From Gracilinanus agilis (taxonomy: Eukaryota): 64,000 nt of DNA. Shown in pieces: positions 38,990 through 49,765 of this stretch. The notes beneath the pieces are model-generated. The model did no database searches, was not told the DNA's origin, and worked only from the letters and a program-made list of their open reading frames with translations. Location of the stretch: the NCBI RefSeq assembly GCF_016433145.1, contig NC_058131.1, forward strand, positions 77,197,454-77,261,453, written 5' to 3'. The position numbers and the translations under genes are program-made. The stretch's first letter is position 1; every line of letters begins with the position of its first letter.

Positions 38990-39000
38990 CAGATAGATAG
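38888..39000. repeat. (GATA)n/(GACA)n tetranucleotide repeat
   Basis: Direct. Confidence 0.97.
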
Positions 39001-39497
39001 TTTCAACATTCCCAGACCTGGAGTTCAAATGTCTGTCCTAGAGGGAGTAGAGAACCATTAGAAATTTTTAAACAAGAGAATGTGATGATAAAAATCTGTG
39101 CTTCCAGAATATCTTTTTGGCACCCATTTGAGAGAATGAATAGAAGACATGAGAAATTTGAGGTCGGAAGACCATTTAGGAGGCTGTTGAAATAGTACCA
39201 GGTTGAGAGCAATGTGAGTAGAGAAGTGGACATTGATGTTGGAGATATTATGGAAGTAAAATCTGTAAGTGTATCCTGGAAATGGCAGGGTGGAATTCCT
39301 GCAAGATTGGTAAGTAATAGGATATAGAGAAGGTAAGGGAGAATGAAAAATAAAGGATGACACCAAATTTGCAAAGCTGTGTAAATGAAAGGATGATGAT
39401 GTCCATAAATGTCAATCAATAAACATTAAGTGTACATGCCAGGACTCTGCTAATTGCTGGGAATAAAAAAATTAAAAAGTCATTGCCACTCTCTTCG

Positions 39498-40238
39498 ATG
39501 GCGGCCGCTGGTGGGGCCATGGCCAAGCACAAGCAGATCCTGCTCCTCGACCCGCCCACAGATCTCAAATTTAAAGGCCCCTTCACAGATGTAGTCACTA
39601 CAAATCTTAAACTACGAAATCCATCAGATAGAAAAGTATGTTTCAAAGTGAAGACAACAGCACCTCGTCGGTACTGTGTGAGGCCAAACAGTGGAGTTAT
39701 TGATCCAGGGTTGACTGTAACTGTTTCAGTAATGCTACAGCCTTTTGACTACGATCCAAATGAGAAGAGTAAACACAAGTTTATGGTACAGACGATTTTT
39801 GCTCCAACAAACACTGCAGATATGGAGACTGTGTGGAAAGAAGCAAAGCCTGATGAACTGATGGATTCTAAATTGAGATGCATATTTGAAATGCCCACTG
39901 AAAATGATAAATTGCTTGATATGGAAAGCAAAGCTGTTCCAGTGAATGCAAAACCAGATAAACAGTATAGTAGTACTTCACTCAATGATACTGAAACAAG
40001 AAAATTAATGGAAGAGTGTAAAAGACTTCAAGGAGAAATGATGAAATTAACAGAAGAAAATCGACACTTGAGGGATGAAGGTTTAAGGCTCAGAAAGGTA
40101 TCAGCACCACCACCACCACCACCACCACCACCACCACCACCACCAGTGGAAAAACCAAGCTCAGGCGTGATTCCTTCACTTCTTGTTGTAATTGCAGCCA
40201 TTTTCATTGGATTCTTTCTAGGGAAATTCATCTTGTAG
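39498..40238 (+). CDS. VAPA: Intronless VAPA (VAMP-associated protein A) retrocopy with an open 246-aa ORF: MSP domain, coiled coil, poly-Pro linker, C-terminal TM anchor
   Basis: [76 protein letters not shown] and [21 protein letters not shown] match VAPA. No introns; followed by a VAPA-like 3' UTR. Whether it is expressed is unknown. Confidence 0.93.
   Translation: MAAAGGAMAKHKQILLLDPPTDLKFKGPFTDVVTTNLKLRNPSDRKVCFKVKTTAPRRYCVRPNSGVIDPGLTVTVSVMLQPFDYDPNEKSKHKFMVQTIFAPTNTADMETVWKEAKPDELMDSKLRCIFEMPTENDKLLDMESKAVPVNAKPDKQYSSTSLNDTETRKLMEECKRLQGEMMKLTEENRHLRDEGLRLRKVSAPPPPPPPPPPPPPVEKPSSGVIPSLLVVIAAIFIGFFLGKFIL
40107..40145 (+). repeat. (CCA)13 trinucleotide repeat in frame in the VAPA retrocopy, encoding Pro13
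   Basis: 39 nt of perfect CCA repeat between tca gca and gtg gaa. Confidence 0.98.
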
Positions 40239-40466
40239 AGTGAAGCATGCAGAGTGCTGTTTCCTTTTTTTTTTCTTGACCAGAAAAAGATTTGTTTACC
40301 TACCATTTCATTGGTAGTATGGCCCACAGTGACCATTTTTTTTTTGTGTACAGCGTCATAATAGGCTTTGCCTTTAATGATCTCTCACGGATAGAAAACA
40401 ATAAAAACAAACTGTTCAGCTACTGGACAAATTGTATATTATCAGATCATCAATAGCAGGTGTCAG
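40239..40466 (+). other. VAPA: Retrocopied VAPA 3' UTR, running into the assembly gap
   Basis: agtgaagcatgcagagtgctg...gaccagaaaaagatttgtttacctaccatttcattggtagtatggccc matches my recollection of the mammalian VAPA 3' UTR and directly follows the stop codon. Confidence 0.75.
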
Positions 40467-40883
40467 NNNNNNNNNNNNNNNNNNNNNNNNNNNNNNNNNN
40501 NNNNNNNNNNNNNNNNNNNNNNNNNNNNNNNNNNNNNNNNNNNNNNNNNNNNNNNNNNNNNNNNNNNNNNNNNNNNNNNNNNNNNNNNNNNNNNNNNNNN
40601 NNNNNNNNNNNNNNNNNNNNNNNNNNNNNNNNNNNNNNNNNNNNNNNNNNNNNNNNNNNNNNNNNNNNNNNNNNNNNNNNNNNNNNNNNNNNNNNNNNNN
40701 NNNNNNNNNNNNNNNNNNNNNNNNNNNNNNNNNNNNNNNNNNNNNNNNNNNNNNNNNNNNNNNNNNNNNNNNNNNNNNNNNNNNNNNNNNNNNNNNNNNN
40801 NNNNNNNNNNNNNNNNNNNNNNNNNNNNNNNNNNNNNNNNNNNNNNNNNNNNNNNNNNNNNNNNNNNNNNNNNNNNNNNNNNN
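40467..40883. other. Assembly gap (417 N)
   Basis: Run of N in the sequence. Confidence 1.
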
Positions 40884-41139
40884 ATCTAAAGGGAGAGACA
40901 ACCTTCAAACTACAATATGACAAAGAATCTAAGTAAAAGTTAATTTAAAAATAACAAACAGAAGGAAGGCTGTAGAATTAAGGAAAATTAGAAAAGGTTT
41001 CCTGTAGATGAGATTTTATCTGAGACATGAAAGAAACCAAGGAAACCAGAAGGCAGAGATGTTAGAGATGGGGTAGAGGAGGAGATTGAATTGCATTTTG
41101 AAATGGAGTTTGAGATGCGGATTTTCACAAGTTTTTGAA

Positions 41140-41848
41140 TATGCCCTTGGTTTACCTGTCCCTGAAAGACCTATACCTCACTTACACCTAGACTACTCCA
41201 ATTCTCTAATTGGTCTTTTTTCCACAGGCTTCTCTCCATTCTATTCCATCTTCCACTGAGCTGTCAAAGTGATCTTCCTAAAGCAAGACTGACTATATCA
41301 CTGACCTAATCAATAAACTTTAGTGGCTCCCCATGATCTCCAGTATCAAATACAAAATCTTTTCTTTGGTGCTCAAAGCCCTTCATAACCCCCCATGACT
41401 TTTTCAGTCATCTTATCCCCGTAAATCCCATCATGTTTTCTTATCCAGTGGCACTACTCTCCTTACCCTTCTTCATACTTCACTCCTACTCTCAGTTTCC
41501 AGGCATTTTCACTGGCTATATCCCATGCAGGTAATGCTCTCCTAACCTCTGACTCTATGTTTCCTTCAAGTTTCAGCTAAAGTCTTACCTCCTACAATAA
41601 CTTTCCCAACACCTCTTAATTCTTAGTACCTTTCTCAACACCTTTTAATTCTCAGGGAAAACTCTGTTAAGTATTTCCTTTTTATACTGTTTATGACTCC
41701 TTTGTCCATAGTTGTTTGCCTATTGTCTCTTCTATTGGACTACAAGCTTTCTGAGGGTAAAGACTGTCTTTTATCTTTCTTTGTATGCCCAACACTTAGT
41801 ATAGTGTCTGGCACAGAATAGGCACTTAATGAGCTTTTATTGGCTGAA
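41140..41848 (+). mobile_element. L2 3' fragment
   Basis: ctgtcaaagtgatcttcctaaagc...ctccagtatcaaatacaaaatc...ggactacaagctttctgagggtaaagactgtc...agtgtctggcacagaataggcacttaat. Confidence 0.8.
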
Positions 41849-41949
41849 CCCAGAGGAGTAGTAGAGAGGCAGTGGTGTGAGACTGATATGAGGCTGTATG
41901 CTAATCACTGCACTGGGTTTCTGTGGTGAGCCTGCCATAAAGTGTGATA

Positions 41950-42400
41950 TATCTGGATAATGGAAGGGCCAACATGGCTCTGCTCTCCCTGCTCCACACA
42001 ACTTTCATTGTTTAACTCACCTCCTACAACAATCCCATGCTTCTGTGTTTCTATTATGATGTCCAATGTCTGCTGCATCTTGCCTGCTTTGGTACCTCTC
42101 TCAACTAGCTGGATGCTGTCGTTGAGAGTAGCTCTAGATTTTTTGTGCCTGCTATTTTCATTGTAGTCTCTTATACTTGCTATTGCAGCTGCTGTTTGTG
42201 GGGTGTATTGAGTACCTGGAGTTTGCAAAAGTCATTTGCCACATGTGGTTTACATCTAGTTATTGTGTTTTTCTACAGAATTTTAGTAGGTGCCTACCTC
42301 TAGCCCCTATGGCAAACCAAGCCCTAGGGTGCAAACAAAGAACCAGTAGCCATAGTTGTGTTCTATATTGTGGTTACAGTTGACTCCTACAGAATTAAAG
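41950..42400 (+). pseudogene. Highly decayed OR relic (TM4-TM7), not flagged in the ORF track
   Basis: One frame reads ALLSLLHTTFIV*LTSYNNPMLLCFYYDVQCLLHLACFGTSLN*...FFVPAIFIVVSY...QKSFATCGLHLVIVFFYRILVGAYL*...VFYIVVT. These are degenerate HFFCD/LLxLAC, SY, KAFSTCGSHL and FYTVVT motifs. Confidence 0.8.
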
Positions 42401-43142
42401 AAAGAAAAATTACTGCAAAATTAAATTTAATCCTATGGAATTAGAAAAAGCAATTACCCTGGCAAAGGTGCTTATAGTGAATAGAGTTTAAGGATTTGCT
42501 TCGTAAAAGCTCAGTATGGTTCCTGTTGAAGGTTCTGATTCTTTATTCAGTCTACAGGGCCTTCCCTTTACCTTTTCCATTTTTTCCTCTCTTCAGAGTT
42601 CAGTTAACAAGATAGCATATGCATTCAGGTGAGATATTTTTGTACAATAAACACTATGCATCAAGAGGAGCTAATATCCAGAACTAGTGGGATAATAGCT
42701 CCTATGTACTTGGTTATACTGTATTTGGCTCCTGGAACTAAATTTTAGGAGAAACTCTCAATAAGTTAAGGAACATCCAGAGGACAGTAAAAGCAAGGTG
42801 ATGGAGATCCTTGTAGTTATATCTTGGGAAAAGAGGCTAAAGGAAGAGAGAATGTGCAGCTTACAGAAAAGAAGACTTAGGGAAAGCAAGATAATCATTT
42901 TCAAAAGCCTGGTACATAGTAGGTGCTCATTAAATGTTATATTATGTTATATTACATTACATTATATTAATTTTATTATAATAAGAGCAGAGAGATTAGA
43001 TTTATCTTGCTTGTCCTTGAGAGCTAAACTAGGAGAATGAATGAACATTACAAAGGCAAAAATGCTCAACGTAAGGAAATTCTTCCCATCTATCCAAAAG
43101 ATGAATGAACTGTTTCCAGAGGTGGTTGGTTCCCCTTAGCAG

Positions 43143-43837
43143 TGTACACCTGAAAGTTTAACAACAAGCTCTCCAGCAAATAAAATAAATATGTACATAC
43201 ACACCCCACTTCTAAATTTAATATTGGCAGCCCAAATGACTCAGGCCAAGACCTCAGAGTCATGGTACCTGGTATTGCTGGACTTTGTTGGAGCACTTCG
43301 ACAAGTCCAGCGTATCCAAGATCCAACCGTGAGTACATGCCTCTGCAGCCCTTCTAGGCCTACAAGCACCTGACTTTGTGCCTGGAGGTGGATTTGGAGA
43401 GCTGGAAAACCTCAAAAATCCTTCTCCAGTTCTTCTCTAATAAAGGTAAAAAAGTAAGATTGGTTAGTTTTTAACCTTTCATTGCCTAGTGAGTGCCATG
43501 TGTTTTGACAGAGGGGCATTGTCCTCCTCCCCCATAACTCTTTAATGTGTCACTTGAACAACTTTTACAATTAAAGCTTGTATAATTAGAATTCTGTTCC
43601 CCAGAACTCTAAATCCCAGCGTTCCACTTTCGTTCTCAAGTTAAGTCCTTATGTTTTGGAGATAAAGTTTATGTGTAACCCTGCCCCTTGTTCTCTTTCT
43701 CTGCTAACATGGCTGGGAAAACTTTTCTTGACTCAGGATTTTACTTTTGTCCTTTTATTTCTTTTACTCAAGTTATTATTAATAAATATTATAAAATATA
43801 ATACTTGGACTTATTGTATATTAATGTAAATCTTACA
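43143..43837 (+). mobile_element. Probable solo LTR
   Basis: TGTA...TACA termini and an aataaa poly(A) signal near the 3' end; the TSD is imperfect. Confidence 0.55.
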
Positions 43838-46169
43838 AGCTTGAAGGTGTAAGTTTAACTTAACCCCAACATTCAGATTTGAGGAAGATATCTGTTAATC
43901 ATATAATATTACTGTTATTGTGTACAGTGTTCTCCTATAGCAGTTTATTTCATTTCTGTCCTCTGATTCCAAATCTAGCATTCTTTTCATTGCACTAAGA
44001 AAGGAAATTGGGGGAATCATAGAATTAGACTTGAGAACTTCATGTTGTGGAATATTATATTCTAACAAATTTTTATAAGACCTTAAGCCTGGGAGGAGGT
44101 AGGTGTTCTCTCTTACTCCTTTTCCTAGACATCAACAAGTAAAGCAGTCTGAGAAGGAAGGAAGCATAGTATCTTTGGTCCTCCTATGACTTTGAAATGA
44201 CCTGGCTTTGTCCAAGGTGCTAAAGACCACTCCAATCATGCCTTTAAAGAGTAAGGTTAATTACTCTAGAGAATGATGCAAATCATTGAGGAAAAGCTCT
44301 CTAACTGATCTTCAAGACTCTTGGGTTCTAATGGGACTATTGAGGACCTATGGTAAATCTCCCTCCTTTCTTTCTGCTTCTGCTTGCCAAGCTTTTACCA
44401 GGGGAGAACTTGCAAGTTCAGGCCTATTGGGGTTTGGCTCTACATAGAATTGTCTATTTTTAAAAAGAGATGAGACAATAATGAACTGAATAAATACTGA
44501 ACATGCTGATGAAACATGGGGTCATATATCTTAAAAGTTTTTGGATAAGTCAGTAAAAAATAACTCATAGGAGCAATATATAAACTAGGAAGAAAAGGCA
44601 TTGAGAGTTGGCATAAATGTATATGTTTAGGAAGAAAATACCATAAGAACATTGGTATGTTTTCATCTTGATCTAGAACTCTCAGTTCTTGCACCTCAGT
44701 GTCAGTACACTTAAATGTTTCCTTTGACATTGTGATGTACAAATATGACAGTGGAGAAAACTATGAGGACAATAATTACCATTGATTCAGAACAAAATAT
44801 GAAGTAAAACTTATAAATCATATTTGTGCTAGTAGCAGAGGGACTCAATGCTCCTTCTGATCACCCTCAATGCTTGTGTCTTTTGATGAGAGGAGAAAAG
44901 TGGAGGTAGTGGAAGCAATGATCTGTGACATCTGAAATCAGAACACATCAGCTGGGTAAGGCATGGTGGGCTTGGAATAGCCAATTCCATCTATGTTCTC
45001 TCTTCTATTTTTCTTTCTTTTCCTAATATTCCAGCATCCATGTGAAGAGCATCTCTCAGATAAAAGAGGGATTGATTAGACATTTTTATTAATATACATA
45101 CAACATTGTTATTGAAATAATTTTACTTCAGCTAAAGTCTCTCTCATTTTTCAAATTGTCAAGTAAAAAATTTGACAATTTGTAAAGGAACTAATTTACT
45201 TCTAGAAGCCTTTAGCTTGTTTTAAAAAGGGAAATGATTATTTAGGAAAGGGAATACTAAGCTTCTGGTAACTCACATCTCTTTCCCTCTTACCTTTTAG
45301 TTATTTTTCACTCCATGTTTTATCCTTAACTGTCCATGTGTATTGCTCAAGCAGTCCTTTGTAATTGAGAATACAAAGGGTGAGCACTAGTTGGGGACAT
45401 TCTTTCTTTGATTCCTCAACCTGGATGATTGTGGTAGCAGCAGCAACAGTAGGAGCAGGAGCAGCAACAGCAAGAACAGTAGCAAGAATGGTAGCAGTAG
45501 CAGTAGCAGTTAAGTGGTAGTAGTAGTGGTGGTGGTGATGGTGGTGGTGGTAAAATAGTAGTAACTCAAATATATATATGGGGTTTTGAGGTTTGCAATT
45601 TTAAAATATTGCCTCATTTGTAACAACTCATATCACTAACAGTAATCTAAGTCAAGATTATTTAAATTTTTCCTTTATATAATTATAAGCCTGACAATTA
45701 TCAGGAACATGGCTATTTCCCTAAACAAAGAATGAACAAAGAAGACTACATGTGAAACCATAAGTTTCCACTACACTCAACTTATTTTTAAGTACATTTC
45801 AAACTTAACATGGTACTTCTAACACTCCTATAATGTCATTAGTGCATGTTCTCTTTCTGAACTAGAATAAAAAGAAACAGATTGCGTTTCATGAGTCCTG
45901 GTGGAATGGAACTAGGATAAGATTAAGGAAGGTTATACCTTATTTGAAAGGAATAGAGTAAACAAAAAAGTCACTGGAATATGTGTGAGGTAAGGAGATA
46001 TATTAATGTGAGGAAATTCAGGAAACTCAGGTAGGAAGCAAAGTCATGGGCATTGGGGTGAAGATTAATAGAGAAAGAAACAAAAGCATCATTCTCTTCT
46101 TTTAATTATTTTGTTCATATGTTACATTAGAGTTCTCAGTTATCTACTTTCTCTCTCCCCTCACTACAC

Positions 46170-46760
46170 CAGAGAATGCATTATTTGATAAAATACACTT
46201 ATGTCATGGATGTTTATTCATATCAGTTATTTCTGGAGCTGTACTCTCACAGTTGTTTTTTAACTATATTTCGGTTACTATATATAATGTTCTCTTGGTT
46301 CTGCTCATTTCTCTCTTCACAATTTCATGAAAGTCTTCCTATATTTTTATTAAAATTAATATGTTGATCATTCCTTACCTTGAAGTAGTGTTTCATCAAA
46401 ATCAGAAGCCACACTTATTTAGCCATTCTTCAATAGATGGGCATGCCTTCAGTTTCTAGTATTTTTTGCCACCACAGAAATACTGTAAATATTTTAAAAC
46501 AGATAAGTTCTTTTCCTTTTTCCATGATCACCTTGGGAAACATATGTTATAGTGGTATTGCTGTGTCAAAGGATAAGCACAATTTCATAAATCTTGGGCA
46601 TCATCCCAGATTGCTCTCCAAAATGGTTGAATTAGTCCAAAGTTCCACAAACAGTGTATTAATGTCCCTATTTTTCCACAACCCTTGCAACATTTCCAAT
46701 TTGTCCCTTTTACCCTTTTCACAATTTAGCTTTCAAATGATATCTGAGAAACATTATCTT
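46170..46760 (-). mobile_element. L1 3' fragment
   Basis: Antisense L1 ORF2 C-terminal/3' UTR-like text (catttagccattc...ttccagattgctctccaaaatggttg). Confidence 0.7.
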
Positions 46761-48847
46761 CAAGAGACTCATTTACAGGTCACCTGAAAAGAAGGAAGAC
46801 ATAAAGTAAAAATATTACAAACCTTGCATAGAAGTAGTGACAAGAGATTTTAATTTTTCCCAAATTGGCTATAATGATCTCTCGTTCTCTCTCCCTCTTT
46901 TTCTCTCTCTTTCCTTCCTCTATTCTTTCCTATCTTCTTTCTCTTTCTGTCTTCCTTCCTCTTTACTTGTATCCTCTCCCGTCTCTCTTGCCCTTTTCTT
47001 CATCCTTCTCTACCTCTGCCTCGTTCACTTTCTCTTCCTTTCTCACTCTCTCCCTCCTACTTTCCCCCTACCTTTCTCTCTTCCTCTTTTTATCTCTCTT
47101 ATGTTTTCTTTCTTTCTCTCTCTTCTTTCCTTCCCTTCTTTCTTCTCTTCCTTCTTGTCTCTCTGCCCCACTTTCCCTCTCTTATTCTTTTCCTTTCTTT
47201 CTCTCCCTCATTCCTTCTCTAAGGAAGAAAAAGGAACTAGAGTTAAATTTTAGGCATGGAGCAAAGAACTCAGAATTAATGAAGAGAGATGATGGCCTTC
47301 TGAACACAAGAAAGTTCTACTTCTAATTTGGCTAGAATTCTCAAGTTGGGAGTAAAATATTGAAAATAGAATAATTGGAGAAATTCCTTGTTGGGGCATT
47401 GCATGCAGTTTACAATCAACAAATAGTGTGCATAAGACAATGAAATAGGCCCAGCTTTCAAGGACATTATCTTATAAAGAACCCTAACTTTTGGTAATTG
47501 TGGAAGACACTAGTAGCAGAAAAAAATTTTCCATAGAAGGTCGTGTTTGAGTAGAGTTTTGAAACAAAGAAGGAATACTAAGAGTAAGAAGAAAAGAGGG
47601 AATGCAATCTTGGCATGTGGGATAACCAGTACAAAGAAGTAGATAGGAAATGGAACCACGTATGAGCAACAATAAGAAGTCCAGTTTGGCTAAATCACCC
47701 ACTTCCATTCTCCATTTCTCTGTCTCTGAGACTCTCTCTATCTCTGTCTCAGTCTTGACTTTTCTCTGCCTTTCTGTCCTCCTCTCTCTTTCTGTCTGTG
47801 TCTCTTTGTCTCTCACACTTTGCTTCTGTTTCTGTCTTTCTGTGTCTCTTTCACTGTCTCTATCTCTGTCTCAGTCTCTTTATGTCTCTCTTTGTGTCTG
47901 TTTATATCTTTCTCTCTCTATTTCCCTCTCTTTATCTCTCTGTCTGTCTCTTTCTCCAGACCTGTAATTGGTATATGGGAATCCCAGGGAGGCAATTCCC
48001 TTTCTTCACTGATGCTGAACTTCAAGTTAATCATCTTAGAGAGAGTTTTGAGGTAAGGTGTGATTTATTTGAGAACTTCAGGGTCTGTCCTAAAATCTTA
48101 AGTCCTAAATGTTTGAGACAGTACTTGAAACTATGTCTTTCTGGAACCAAGGCTAGATTTAATCACACTGCCTTTCTATCTTCTATATGCTCATAGAGCT
48201 GAAGTTGGTCAACACAATCTGTTGAATAATTACAGCCTCATATTACAACATACTAGATGTTTATAAGATTTCAGAATGATAAACTAACTGGATTGAAAAG
48301 GTGTTTAAATATGGTCTAGTCTAATTCTCTCATATTGTAAATGGAAAATCTGAGGCCCGGTGGGGGATAATATACAAATTATTAATATGTTATTAATATT
48401 AAGTAATAATTACTTCTGATTTAAGTTAGAAATTCTCCTCAGGGTGCTTGACTTTGCTTCTCAAATAATGATAACAGAAACTATTATCTATGTATCACTT
48501 TTATGTTTTACAAGGCACCTTTCAAATGTTATCTAAATGTATCCCCACAACTCTGCAAAGAAAGTAGTGGAATTATACATATTTTACAAATGAGGGAACT
48601 GAGACAGAGAGAAGCTAAGTAATCTGCTTTGAGGACAAATCTGAACAAAAGAGTTCTTGTACTCTATACACTATGCCCCCTAATTGTCTCTTTTTAACTG
48701 AGTAGATCAAAATAGTACCATGACCACTGATGTTTTTAAGGCTCCTCTGACCAAAATAACATTACATTTCAATCACAGAAGATTTGATCAAATAATTATT
48801 TATTTATTTACTCATATTGCATAATAAGTCTTTCTCTGAACAGATTC

Positions 48848-49765
48848 ATGGGTTGGAAAAACCAGACCACTGTCTCCGAGTTCATCCTTTTGGGACTGTT
48901 TGAGGGGTCAGAGCACCAGCAACTACTCTTCTGGCTATTTCTACTCATGTATCTGATTACTGTAATTGGAAACCTACTCATCATTGTGGCTGTTGGCTCC
49001 AACACTCACCTCCATACCCCCATGTACTTCTTCCTAGCCAACTTGTCTTTTGCTGACATCAACTTCATCTCCACCACAGTCCCCAAAGTTTTGATGAATA
49101 GCCAAACTCAGAATAACTCAATCTCTTATTCTGACTGCCTGACACAGTTATATTTTTTTATCATGTTTGGGACAATTGATGAGTTTCTTCTGGCAACAAT
49201 GGCATATGACCGCTATGTGGCTATCTGTCACCCACTCCATTACACCATAGTGATGACCCACAAACTTTGTTTCCTATTGATTTCAATTATATGGGTTGTT
49301 AATGTTCTTCATTCCCTTTTACACACACTATTGATGAATGAACTAGTTTTCTGTGCTAAAAATGAAATTCCCCACTTCTTCTGTGACCTTAACCCCCTAC
49401 TAAAGTTGTCATGTTCAGACATTTTCATTAATGAGCTAATGATCCTCACCATTGGTGGTCTTGCTGGCCTAATTCCATTCCTCTGTGTGATCATCTCTTA
49501 TGTGTATATAGTCTTGGCCATACTAAGGATCCCATCTGCTAAAGGGAAGCAGAAAGCCTTTTCTACCTGCAGCTCCCACCTTTCTGTAGTTTCTCTATTC
49601 TTTGGGACTGTCTTTGGAGTTTATTTTAGCCCTTCATCCAACCGGTCAGCCCACAGGAACATTATTGCATCTATAATGTACACAGTGGTGACTCCTATGT
49701 TGAACCCTTTTATCTACAGCCTGAGGAACAGGGAAATGAAAGCAGCCCTAAGGAAACTCTTTTAA
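48848..49765 (+). CDS. Intact class II olfactory receptor, OR1 family-like, 305 aa
   Basis: Motifs [58 protein letters not shown]. Acceptor tttctctgaacAG at 48842-48843. Confidence 0.96.
   Translation: MGWKNQTTVSEFILLGLFEGSEHQQLLFWLFLLMYLITVIGNLLIIVAVGSNTHLHTPMYFFLANLSFADINFISTTVPKVLMNSQTQNNSISYSDCLTQLYFFIMFGTIDEFLLATMAYDRYVAICHPLHYTIVMTHKLCFLLISIIWVVNVLHSLLHTLLMNELVFCAKNEIPHFFCDLNPLLKLSCSDIFINELMILTIGGLAGLIPFLCVIISYVYIVLAILRIPSAKGKQKAFSTCSSHLSVVSLFFGTVFGVYFSPSSNRSAHRNIIASIMYTVVTPMLNPFIYSLRNREMKAALRKLF

Noticed and set aside
40028-40336. Antisense ORF with a poly-Gly run
   Set aside because: It is the reverse complement of the VAPA (CCA)13 tract and UTR; no independent coding signal.
40416-40936. 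Four ORFs of 157-162 aa made of X
   Set aside because: Artefacts of the N gap.
46837-48196. Several 100-150 aa Leu/Ser/Phe-rich ORFs that look like membrane proteins (also 1867-2124)
   Set aside because: They come from CT-rich low-complexity tracts, which lack stop codons.
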